Assembly (NCBI GenBank): GCA_003217965.1
Contig: QHNB01000228.1
Location: 1-43,188, forward strand
Length of the DNA stretch: 43,188 nucleotides
DNA from: Verrucomicrobiota bacterium
Lineage (GTDB): Bacteria > Verrucomicrobiota > Verrucomicrobiia > Chthoniobacterales > UBA10450
Direction: 5' to 3'
Positions 27,823-36,658 of this stretch are shown piece by piece (position 1 is the first letter of the stretch; each line of letters begins with the position of its first letter). The position numbers and the translations under genes are program-made. Under the pieces are notes generated by a model, which made no database searches, was not told the origin of the DNA, and saw only the letters and a program-made list of their open reading frames with translations.

Positions 27823-29382
27823 TTAGCTTGGTTCGGTTTCGGCGGGCCGGCTGGCCGCGTTAGGCGGCACGTTTTCGGGCGATCTCCTCCACAGGAAATA
27901 AACGGGCACACCACTGAGCACGATGATGAGGCCCGGCCACGTCGTTGCTGTTTGATAAATGAAGAGCACGGCGAGAATGACGCTCGCACCAAGGATGTAG
28001 AGCACGGGCACGATTGGATAACCGAAAGCTTTATAGGGGCGTTCCGCGTCGGGACGTTTTCGCCGAAGCATGAAGATGCCGAGAATTGTCAGTATGTAGA
28101 AGATGAGCGCGGCGGAGATGACGTAGTCAAGCAGATTGCCATACAGATTCCCGTAACCTGTTACTGCGCCCGTGGCATCCATTTTCACCGTCCGCGGCAA
28201 GACAAGTGCACCGGCCCAGATGCCCTGCACAATCAGGCCCCAGCCGGGCACGTGGTTCTTGTTCAATCGACTGACCGAGCGGAAAAAGAGCCCGTCGCGT
28301 GCCATGGCATAATACGCGCGTGCACCGGCGAGGATCAGTCCGTTGTTGCAACCAAATGTCGACACCATGATTGCGACAGCCATGATCACGGCACCGAGTC
28401 CTGGAAAGATGACATTGGCTGTTTCTGAGGCGACGCGATCGCTCGGCGCGTTCTGGATGGCGGAAAACGGCAGAGTGGCCAGATAAGCGACATTTGCCAG
28501 CAAGTACAAGCTGATCACGAGAATTGTGCCCAGGGCCAACGAGAGCGGAACGTTGCGCCGGGGATTGACCACTTCGCCCGCGGTGAAGGTGATGTTATTC
28601 CAGGCATCAGCGGAAAAGAGTGAATTTGTTTGCGCGACGCAGATGCCAACGAAGAGACCGAACCCAGTTGCGGCCGTGAGACCTTTTCCAACTTCCTGCA
28701 ATCCGCCACGCAAGCTCCAGAAATCGGAAAAATTCGCCGCACCGGCGCCTGATCGTAGGCCGACGATGATGCCAAGCAGAATGAGCGCGATGAGCGCACC
28801 TGTCTTGGCGGTTGTGAAAATGTTCTGCACGATCTTACCGAGCTTCAGCCCGAGCGTGTTTGTGAACGTGAGCAGCGAGATAAGCATCAGCCCGACCAGT
28901 TGCGCGGTCGAGAGCGAGAGGGCATAGCCGCCGAGCCGAATCGGCGCGATCAGATAGTTTGATTCGGAAACCCATGGGATGAGCACGCCCATGTAGCGCG
29001 AGAAGCCGACCGCGACCGCGGCTATCGTTCCCGTCTGGATGACAAGGAATAATGTCCAGCCGTAGAGAAAACCCCAGAGGGGCGAGAACGCTTCGCGCAG
29101 ATAAACATATTGGCCGCCTGCCTTCGGCATCATCGCCGCGAGCTCGCCGTACGAGAGCGCCGCCACCAACGTGAGCACGCCAGTCACAATCCAGACGACA
29201 AGTAACCACCCGGGCGCGCCAACCTGCCGCGCAATGATTGACGATACAATGAAGATGCCCGAACCAATCATCGACCCCGCAACGAGCATCGTCGAATCGA
29301 GCAGGCCGAGCCCGCGAACGAGTTTGTTCTCTGTGTCAATTGGCTGAATCGTACTGGCAAACGGCTTCATGATTTTTGTCAT
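27823..29382 (-). CDS. APC-superfamily amino-acid permease
   Basis: 519 aa, polytopic. It shows LVRGLGLLDSTMLVAGSMIGSGIF and YGELAAMMPKAGGQYVYL. It lies 6 nt upstream of the second permease. Confidence 0.88.
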   Translation of the reverse strand: MTKIMKPFASTIQPIDTENKLVRGLGLLDSTMLVAGSMIGSGIFIVSSIIARQVGAPGWLLVVWIVTGVLTLVAALSYGELAAMMPKAGGQYVYLREAFSPLWGFLYGWTLFLVIQTGTIAAVAVGFSRYMGVLIPWVSESNYLIAPIRLGGYALSLSTAQLVGLMLISLLTFTNTLGLKLGKIVQNIFTTAKTGALIALILLGIIVGLRSGAGAANFSDFWSLRGGLQEVGKGLTAATGFGLFVGICVAQTNSLFSADAWNNITFTAGEVVNPRRNVPLSLALGTILVISLYLLANVAYLATLPFSAIQNAPSDRVASETANVIFPGLGAVIMAVAIMVSTFGCNNGLILAGARAYYAMARDGLFFRSVSRLNKNHVPGWGLIVQGIWAGALVLPRTVKMDATGAVTGYGNLYGNLLDYVISAALIFYILTILGIFMLRRKRPDAERPYKAFGYPIVPVLYILGASVILAVLFIYQTATTWPGLIIVLSGVPVYFLWRRSPENVPPNAASRPAETEPS

Positions 29383-29461
29383 TTAGCGGGTTGGCTGCTC
29401 CGGTGCAATCCTGTTGGAGTTCATTCCCTCGTAGCCCACAACATGCTATTCTCGGCCGATA

Positions 29462-30373
29462 ATGAGCGTTAAGCGTGCCCGGTTTTCCAAAACATTACTG
29501 GTCCTACTGATTGGCGCTGCCAGCGCCAGTTTCCAAGCACTTGCTCTCTCTTCCCCCGCCGCTCCAGTGTCGACCCGCAACGGTGGACAATTCGAAGCGC
29601 TCTCCCTCCAGCGGTCGCCGCAAAATCATCTTATTGTCCGGGTATTTATCAACGGTAAGGCCGCGATGCTCGGCGTTGACACCGGTGCGCCGGTCAGCGC
29701 CATCGCGACCAGCCGTCGTCAGCACTACGGGCTGACCCCAATACCGGGCACGTCGAAACTGCCGCCTCGGTTGATGATCAACGGAACGTTCAATGCCGTC
29801 GGTATTGCCAAATCGTTGCGCATTGGTGCGCTCAATCTTGTCGACGAGCCAATGGTAGCAATCAACCTTGGCCCGGAGAGTCGCGCCGCGCGCATTCGGG
29901 GTGAACAGGAGATCGACGGGATTCTAGGCGCCGACATTCTGTTTCCAACGCGGGCGGTGCTCGACTGCCAGCGTCAGCTCCTCATTCTAAATATGGAGCC
30001 GCAATCGGAGGAAACCACACCGGGGATGGACTACAGCGGCTTTCATAGTGTGCCAATCCATGTGAGCGACGGTTATAATCTTTACGTTGATGGCGCGATT
30101 AACGGCGCGCCCGCACAATTAATGGTCGATACCGGCGCCTTCGCTACCTTGCTCCATCGTCCATTCGTGAAACGCATGAAAATTCATGTGTATGACACGC
30201 CGTTCAGCTCCGCGGCGGTTAACCTGCATCAACGTGGCGTGCAGGTGGCGCGCATTCGTCGGCTATCGGATGGCTCATTTAACATCGTTGGTCACGATGT
30301 GGGCGTCTTGGTGGCGAGCTTTTGCGGCGCCACCATGGCATTATCGATTTCGGCGCCCGCCGTCTTTATTTAA
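29462..30373 (+). CDS. Secreted aspartic protease with two tandem retropepsin-like domains (C-terminus apparently frameshifted; the conserved ending continues to 30384 in the -1 frame)
   Basis: A signal peptide is present. There are two DTGA active-site motifs: VDTGAP (D at 29678-29680) and VDTGAF (D at 30128-30130). Domain 1 ends GILGADILFPTRAVLDCQRQLLIL. The equivalent ending of domain 2 (LGGELLRRHHGIIDFGARRLYL) is encoded in another frame at 30307-30384. Confidence 0.8.
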   Translation: MSVKRARFSKTLLVLLIGAASASFQALALSSPAAPVSTRNGGQFEALSLQRSPQNHLIVRVFINGKAAMLGVDTGAPVSAIATSRRQHYGLTPIPGTSKLPPRLMINGTFNAVGIAKSLRIGALNLVDEPMVAINLGPESRAARIRGEQEIDGILGADILFPTRAVLDCQRQLLILNMEPQSEETTPGMDYSGFHSVPIHVSDGYNLYVDGAINGAPAQLMVDTGAFATLLHRPFVKRMKIHVYDTPFSSAAVNLHQRGVQVARIRRLSDGSFNIVGHDVGVLVASFCGATMALSISAPAVFI

Positions 30374-30389
30374 AAGGCGGTTGATTTTT

Positions 30390-30890
30390 TCACTCGATAT
30401 CGATTTCGCGGACCCGCTTTTGTAGCCGCACGTTTTCGACCGCGTTCCGAATTTTGTCACCCAAACCAAGTGCGATGGGGACGGAATCAATCAGGACAAA
30501 GGGAGTGGAAACATCCGAGGTGTTAATCTGGATGTTTTCGAGTCCACACATTCGAGACCAAAATGGTTGGCGCATCTCGAGATCTTTCACTCGATAAAGC
30601 TCGAGCGTATCGGTGACCTTACTAAAGACGCCTTCGGTTGTTTTCAGCCGTTCAGTGGTTAATTCATAGACTTTGTTTTTGGTTTGGAGATAACGAGCGA
30701 GCGCAATGAAGATCGGCACCATCGCCAGCCATAGAATATGCGGGCTCAGCCTTTGCACTTGAGGCGAACCACCGCGCCAGACGAGGGCAAAGATCAGGAC
30801 GACGATGCCCCAACCCAGGATGCAAAGAACAAAAATGCCGAGGTTCTTGATTTGGGATGACGTCCCGCGCCATACCGTCTCTTCCGCCAT
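30390..30890 (-). CDS. bPH_2 (YdbS/YdbT-like, DUF304) membrane protein
   Basis: Two TM helices are followed by YELTTERLKTTEGVFSKVTDTLELYRVKDLEMRQ. I prefer ATG 30890 (MAEETVWRG...) over the TTG at 30926. Confidence 0.75.
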   Translation of the reverse strand: MAEETVWRGTSSQIKNLGIFVLCILGWGIVVLIFALVWRGGSPQVQRLSPHILWLAMVPIFIALARYLQTKNKVYELTTERLKTTEGVFSKVTDTLELYRVKDLEMRQPFWSRMCGLENIQINTSDVSTPFVLIDSVPIALGLGDKIRNAVENVRLQKRVREIDIE

Positions 30891-30989
30891 GCCGGAATTG
30901 TTAGCCGGGCACGCACCTGAGCACAAGCGCGGCAGGATTGACTGTCGCGGCCGATCCGGTGGAGCGCGCAGGGCGGCGGCAGCATTGAA

Positions 30990-31940
30990 ATGTCCCTAAT
31001 CACGCAGGGTTTTGTTCTCGGGGCGGGCCTTGGCATGCGACTACGGCCGCTGACAGATGATTTGCCAAAACCGCTCGTGCCGATTTTTCAAAAGCCGCTC
31101 ATCACCTTCGCGTTCGATCATCTCCTAGCCGCCGGCTGCGACAAGTTAGTAGTCAATACCCATCGCTTGCCGGAAAGATTTGCTGAAGTGTTTCCGGAAT
31201 CGCTTTACCGCAACAAGCGCGTTCTTTTTCTTCATGAGCCGGAAATCCTTGGCACTGGAGGAGGAATTAAGAATGCCGACCGCTTCTTCGAGAGCGAACC
31301 GTTTGTTGTTTACAGCGGAGACATTCTGACCGATTTCGAGTTAGCACCATTATTCAAAGAGCATATTCGTGCCGGGAATGAGGTGACTCTTGCGCTGAGG
31401 AAAACGCATTTTCCGCCTACAATTGGACTGCAAGATGGTCGTATCGTCGAGATTGGCGGGAAAGACGAAAAGATTGCGAAGTATGACTTTGCAAACGTCT
31501 CTGTTTGGAATCGACAAATCATCTCGCGCATTCCTTCAGGCGGGTCGGTCTCATTCATTCCAACGCTGGTCGAGGCGATAAAAAAAGGTGAAAGGATCGG
31601 CGGCGTTGTTGTCAATGATGGCAAGTGGTTCAATATCGGTTCGGCCAAGGGGTATCTCGAAGTTCATCGCGTGGTTTGCGACGAGCAGTGGAGACCTGCC
31701 TATCTCGATCCTAATCATCAGTGGCCGACGCGCCGAGCGCCGAGCGCTGTAATCGATCCGACCGCCACTCTGTCCGGCTTTTATTCGCTCGGAGCCAATT
31801 GCCGGATCGAGAAAGGCGTGAGACTACGCGACACTATTGTCTGGCCCGGTGCACAAATTGCTTCTCGAAGTGTGCTGGAAAACTGTATTGTCCGCACCCA
31901 TCGAACGGCTGAAGGCACCTTGCGCGACGCGATAATTTGA
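30990..31940 (+). CDS. Sugar-1-phosphate nucleotidyltransferase (MurU/GlmU-N-like) with a C-terminal left-handed beta-helix-like extension
   Basis: 316 aa. It shows LGAGLGMRLRPLTDDLPKPLVP and GTGGGIKN. It lies 1 nt upstream of the kinase gene. Confidence 0.8.
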   Translation: MSLITQGFVLGAGLGMRLRPLTDDLPKPLVPIFQKPLITFAFDHLLAAGCDKLVVNTHRLPERFAEVFPESLYRNKRVLFLHEPEILGTGGGIKNADRFFESEPFVVYSGDILTDFELAPLFKEHIRAGNEVTLALRKTHFPPTIGLQDGRIVEIGGKDEKIAKYDFANVSVWNRQIISRIPSGGSVSFIPTLVEAIKKGERIGGVVVNDGKWFNIGSAKGYLEVHRVVCDEQWRPAYLDPNHQWPTRRAPSAVIDPTATLSGFYSLGANCRIEKGVRLRDTIVWPGAQIASRSVLENCIVRTHRTAEGTLRDAII

Positions 31941-31941
31941 G

Positions 31942-32893
31942 ATGAAGACCGACTTGCTCCTTCGCCAAACAGGACTTCGTCTGCCGGCATTTAGCTCAGG
32001 CCGAATTGAGATAAGCGCGATTGAGAAAGGCGGCTCGGATCGGCGATTCTATCGCGTCCGATGTTCAACTGACCAGTCACTCGTCCTGGTCAAATATAAT
32101 CTCGAGCGCGAAGAAAACCGGCACTATGTCCACATCACTCAATTTCTTTCTGCCCATGGTATTCGAGTTCCGAAAATTTATTTTCATGATCCCAACGAAG
32201 GCTTGATTTGGATTGAGGATTTAGGCAACGCCGATCTCTTCAATTTCCGCGATGACGAATGGTTAATCCGCCGCGCTCTCTACCAATCAGCCTTGGATGA
32301 GATCGCGAAGCTGCACGATTTGCCCAAGATCGACTGGAGTGAATTGCAGGGCGAAATGCCTCCTGAATTCAACGCCGCGCTTTACCAATGGGAGCAAAAC
32401 TATTTCTTCCGACGAGCTCGCCTCACAGCCTCGTATTCTCGTCCATCGCGACTTTCAGTCCCAAAACATCATTGTGCGCAATGGGCAAGCGCACCTCATC
32501 GATTTCCAGGGAATGCGTCCAGGGTTGGCTGAATATGACTTGGCTTCATTGCTGTTTGATCCTTATGTCCATCTCGGTTCGGCCGAGCGTGATGAGCTCT
32601 TGTTGTACTATTTGGAACGCCGGGATTTAAGGCGAAATGAGACCGGCATCAGTGAGCGGCTTCGGTTTTGTGCGATGCAACGCCTCATGCAAGCGCTTGG
32701 AGCATACGGCTTTCTTGGATTGGCAAAAGGCAATCGATCTTTCCTGAGACACGTTCCCGCGGCGATCGGCTTGCTGCGCCAGGTAATCGCGGATCTCCCC
32801 GAACTCAACGCGCTGGGTGCGGCGCTTGCTTATTTGCCTCTCAATGTTGACGTCGGCCCGCGAGCAGGTTCTTCTTCCAAAAACCGACCCTAA
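31942..32893 (+). pseudogene. Aminoglycoside-phosphotransferase-fold sugar kinase (AmgK-like) split by a frameshift near 32404-32413
   Basis: The N-terminal lobe is in frame 1 (31942..., GGSDRRFYRV, IWIEDLG, LYQWEQNYFF). The catalytic lobe is in another frame from 32411 (DELASQPRILVHRDFQSQNIIV, LIDFQG, YDLASLLFDPY). Joined, the length is about 318 aa, normal for the family. Confidence 0.8.
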
Positions 32894-32909
32894 GAGAGAC
32901 AAAGCCGGG

Positions 32910-33809
32910 GTGGCCGATGCGACTTGCCGCCCGGATCCATTACGGCGGGGTGTGGCGTGGGGCGCCATGCTGATCGGTAGCGCGATTCCGAATATCATCA
33001 TCCGGGTTGCGGGGGATGGCTCGCCTTACTTGTTGCCGGTGGCGCAAACGATCCTGCTCGTAATCCTAGCAATTTTCGCCGATCGATCCTCCCGATTAAA
33101 GCCGCTGACTGGGTTTCTCTTAACCCTCGCGATTGTTCGTCTTGGCTGGTTTGCCATCGCCCCGATGTTAGATGACTGGGCTCCGCTCCATCATGCGATG
33201 ACCAGCGCCAGCTGGGGTGCACAACAATTTCTCGAACGTCTCCTCCTCGCGCTCGGAGCACTGCTTCTCCTTAGCACATTCATTGGCCGTGGATTCTCGC
33301 GAGAGGATCTGTTCTTGCGGATCGGTGATCTCAGCGCGCCGGCGCGGCCGGAACGTCTTCTGTGGTTTCGTAATCCGATTCCATGGACGCGACTCGGTCC
33401 ACAGTTGCTCATCGTTTTCAGTGTTGCCCTGCCGGTGTTCCTGTTTATCACCCTGCGACCAGATTTCGATCAGCTGCCGCGTCTGTGGCGGCTTCTCCCC
33501 TGGGCGCTGGCGACGGCTGGTCTCAATGCCGCAAACGAGGAATTCCAGTTTCGCTGTGTCCCGCTCGCTCATCTGCGAAACGCTCTTCCGCCACGGGAGG
33601 CACTTTGGCTGACTTCAATCTTTTTTGGCCTGGGCCATTATTTCGGTCAGCCATCGGGGCCGATCGGTGTGGCAATGGCGACGGTTGCCGGTTGGATTTG
33701 GGCCAAGAGCATTGTAGAAACGCGCGGGATCGGGTGGGCTTTCGGCATTCACCTGGTGCAAGATGTTGTCATCTTCTGTTTTCTTGCCCTATCGATACAG
33801 CCTAGCTAA
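32910..33809 (+). CDS. CPBP-family intramembrane glutamic endopeptidase (CAAX protease/Abi)
   Basis: It is polytopic and shows the NAANEEFQFR motif 1 and IFFGLGHY motif 2. The start is uncertain: GTG 32910 (17 nt after the kinase stop), ATG 32967, or the ORF-track start at 32817, which overlaps the kinase gene. Confidence 0.78.
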   Translation: MADATCRPDPLRRGVAWGAMLIGSAIPNIIIRVAGDGSPYLLPVAQTILLVILAIFADRSSRLKPLTGFLLTLAIVRLGWFAIAPMLDDWAPLHHAMTSASWGAQQFLERLLLALGALLLLSTFIGRGFSREDLFLRIGDLSAPARPERLLWFRNPIPWTRLGPQLLIVFSVALPVFLFITLRPDFDQLPRLWRLLPWALATAGLNAANEEFQFRCVPLAHLRNALPPREALWLTSIFFGLGHYFGQPSGPIGVAMATVAGWIWAKSIVETRGIGWAFGIHLVQDVVIFCFLALSIQPS

Positions 33810-34413
33810 CGAAAGGATTGGTCGCGCGTTCTTCGCCAATGGTCGTCGGCGGACCATGACCTGGCAGCACCGTCACGTCATTTCCTAACGGGAAGAGCTT
33901 GGATTTAATTCCGCGAAAAAGCAGCTCACCATCGCCGCCCGGTAGATCCCAGCGGCCGACCCCGCCGGCAAAGAGCACGTCACCGCCGATCAAAACCTTT
34001 TCAGCAGGGTAAAAGAAGCAAAGGCTGCCCGGACAATGCCCCGGCACCTCAAGCACTTGAAATTCCACGCCGAGGAAATTGTGCTCAGCTGTTTCATGGA
34101 CGAAAAAATCGGGTTGGACAGGCTTAATGTCGAAGCCGAAGCCGTAATCGCGAAAAAAATTCGGATCCGAAATCATCGGCAGTGTTTCCGGATGACATCC
34201 AATCTGGCAGGCAAATGTTTCCTTAATTTTTGCGAGATCGGCGATATGGTCGATATGCCCGTGTGTCAGCAAAAGAAGCTTCACCTGGACACGGTTGCGC
34301 TGGAGCCACTCCCAACTACCGTCTGGCGCATCAAACAGGATTGTGCCGTCTGGAGCGTGCCAGAGATAGCAATTCGTCTCAAAGATTCCGCCGCAAAATG
34401 TCTCATATCTCAT
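33802..34413 (-). CDS. MBL-fold metallo-hydrolase (glyoxalase II-like)
   Basis: 203 aa. It shows LLLTHGHIDH, PGHCPGS and LPGHGP. Confidence 0.85.
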   Translation of the reverse strand: MRYETFCGGIFETNCYLWHAPDGTILFDAPDGSWEWLQRNRVQVKLLLLTHGHIDHIADLAKIKETFACQIGCHPETLPMISDPNFFRDYGFGFDIKPVQPDFFVHETAEHNFLGVEFQVLEVPGHCPGSLCFFYPAEKVLIGGDVLFAGGVGRWDLPGGDGELLFRGIKSKLFPLGNDVTVLPGHGPPTTIGEERATNPFVS

Positions 34414-34561
34414 GCGATTCTCAGACGGACATTAATTCAAAGGCATTTTTGAATGTTCCGGCGGCTCGATTGTCTTTAATCGCTGCGGGCTTGGCGAATC
34501 AAGGAGGGTTCTTGCGTTTCTCTCGCCCGTCTGCGAGTATAGAAAACCTCTTTTTTAGGGA

Positions 34562-36655
34562 ATGAAGTTACGGTTTCGTCTTTCTGCTGCGATCGCGGCG
34601 ATTTCGTTGGTCAGTGTCGCGACCCCGACGCTGTTCGCGAAATCGGACCTCGAAAACATCTGCATCTCTGTCGGGCGCCTGCTCGAAGAAGGTCATTATA
34701 CTCATCATCAACTCAACGATGAGATGTCGCGCAGGATTCTGCGCACGTACCTCGAGATTCTCGATTTTAGCCATCTCTTTTTTACTCAGGAAGATGTCGA
34801 TGCGATTTACGAGAAATACGGCACCTCCTTGGATGACGACATCCTTCTGGGAAACCTCAAGCCAGCCTACGAAATTTACGACGTTTACCAGAAGCGAGTC
34901 GATGACCGGGTCGCTAAAATCAAGGAACTGCTGAAGCAACCGCCGGATTTCAAGACTGATGGCACGATCGACTTGAGCCGGCAAAAAACGCCATGGCCAA
35001 AAAATGAAGCCGAGGCCGACGATCTCTGGCGAGGCCGTATCACGAGTGAGCTTTTACAGGAACACTTGAGTGAGCATCCGATCGAGCCGGGACCGCAGCT
35101 TGTCTCGCGTCGCTACGATCGGCTCGCACGCAACGTCCATGAGGAGGATCGGGACGAACAAGCGAAGTATTTTCTTGATGCGGTGGCGCAATCGTACGAC
35201 CCGCACTCCGAGTATTTGAGCAAGGCTGATTTGAAGAATTTCAGCATTAACATGGGTCTGTCGCTTGTCGGTATCGGTGCGATGCTGCGCACTGAGGACG
35301 GCTACGCAAAAATCGAGAGCCTTGTTCCCGGGGGACCAGCGCAAGTCGATGGCCGGCTGAAGGTTGGCGACCGGATCACTGCCGTCGGCCAAGCTAGCGG
35401 CGACCTCATCGACGTACGGGATATGCGGCTGGACAAGGTTGTCGAAATGATTCGAGGCAAAAAAGGGACGAAAGTGAAGCTTCTCGTCATTCCGGCGGAT
35501 TCGGCCGATCCGTCTCAGCGCAAGAATGTCGAACTAGTGCGCGATGAGATTAAGCTGAAGGATCAGGAAGCGCGGGCCGATATCATCATTAAGAAGGACG
35601 AGGACGGCAAGCCGGTGAAGTTGGGCTGGATCACCCTCCCTTCCTTCTACGCGGACATGGATCATCACGCTAAGAGCACCACAAAAGATGTCGCGACGCT
35701 GCTTCGCCGGCTGAAAAAGGAAAATATCGCAGGGCTGGTTGTCGACTTGCGACGCAATGGCGGAGGTTCGCTCGAAGAAGTGATTTCACTCACCCATTTG
35801 TTCATTAAACCGGGGCCGGTGGTGCAGACGAAAGGATCAAACGGGTATACGACTGTCTCGAGCGAACCAAATCCGGGATTGGCGTATTCTGGTCCACTGG
35901 TTGTTCTGACAAGCCGGCAAAGTGCCTCAGCCAGCGAAATTTTTGCGGCCGCGCTCCAAGATTATGGACGCGCCGTGATCCTAGGCGATCAAAGCACCTT
36001 CGGTAAGGGAACCGTGCAAACGATCTTGGAAATCGGCCGATTTACTTCGCTGCTGGGCAATCGTTCGCAGGAGGACGGCGCGCTGAAACTAACCATCCAA
36101 AAATTTTACCGCGTCGCGGGTGGATCAACTCAATTACACGGCGTTACCTCCGATATTGTCCTTCCATCGCTGACGGACCTGCCTGAGTTCGGAGAGGGGG
36201 CTCTCAAGAATTGTCTGCCTTATGACGAAGTGCCAAAGGCGAAATATACGAAATGCAACGAGCCGGTGTCACTTTACCTCGAGGAATTGAAACGGCGCTC
36301 GGCCGCGCGAGTGCAAGAGGATCCGGAATTCCATTACGTCATGGAAGATATGGACCGATTACGTCATCGGCTTGATGACAATCGCATTTCGCTCAATGAA
36401 GACGTTCGGAAAAAAGAACTCGCTGACGATAAGCTGCGTAAGGATTTGCGTGCAAAAGAGCGATTGGCGCGCAACACCGAAGAGCCACGCATCTATCGGG
36501 TGACACTCGACACCGTTGATAAGCCAAATCTCCAGCTCATCATGTATCCCGGTAAACTTGCTTCCGCTAAAAAGAACGGCTCGGCCAAAGTCGCTCCCGA
36601 GGCGGCGCCCGATGCACTCGAGCACGGGCCGAAGACGGCGAGCACGAATCGTTAA
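34562..36655 (+). CDS. Carboxy-terminal processing (tail-specific) protease, family S41, with PDZ domain
   Basis: 697 aa with a signal peptide. The PDZ domain shows PGGPAQVDGRLKVGDRITAV. The catalytic Ser region is SRQSASASEIFAAALQD and the Lys region is FGKGTVQ. Confidence 0.9.
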   Translation: MKLRFRLSAAIAAISLVSVATPTLFAKSDLENICISVGRLLEEGHYTHHQLNDEMSRRILRTYLEILDFSHLFFTQEDVDAIYEKYGTSLDDDILLGNLKPAYEIYDVYQKRVDDRVAKIKELLKQPPDFKTDGTIDLSRQKTPWPKNEAEADDLWRGRITSELLQEHLSEHPIEPGPQLVSRRYDRLARNVHEEDRDEQAKYFLDAVAQSYDPHSEYLSKADLKNFSINMGLSLVGIGAMLRTEDGYAKIESLVPGGPAQVDGRLKVGDRITAVGQASGDLIDVRDMRLDKVVEMIRGKKGTKVKLLVIPADSADPSQRKNVELVRDEIKLKDQEARADIIIKKDEDGKPVKLGWITLPSFYADMDHHAKSTTKDVATLLRRLKKENIAGLVVDLRRNGGGSLEEVISLTHLFIKPGPVVQTKGSNGYTTVSSEPNPGLAYSGPLVVLTSRQSASASEIFAAALQDYGRAVILGDQSTFGKGTVQTILEIGRFTSLLGNRSQEDGALKLTIQKFYRVAGGSTQLHGVTSDIVLPSLTDLPEFGEGALKNCLPYDEVPKAKYTKCNEPVSLYLEELKRRSAARVQEDPEFHYVMEDMDRLRHRLDDNRISLNEDVRKKELADDKLRKDLRAKERLARNTEEPRIYRVTLDTVDKPNLQLIMYPGKLASAKKNGSAKVAPEAAPDALEHGPKTASTNR

Positions 36656-36658
36656 GCC

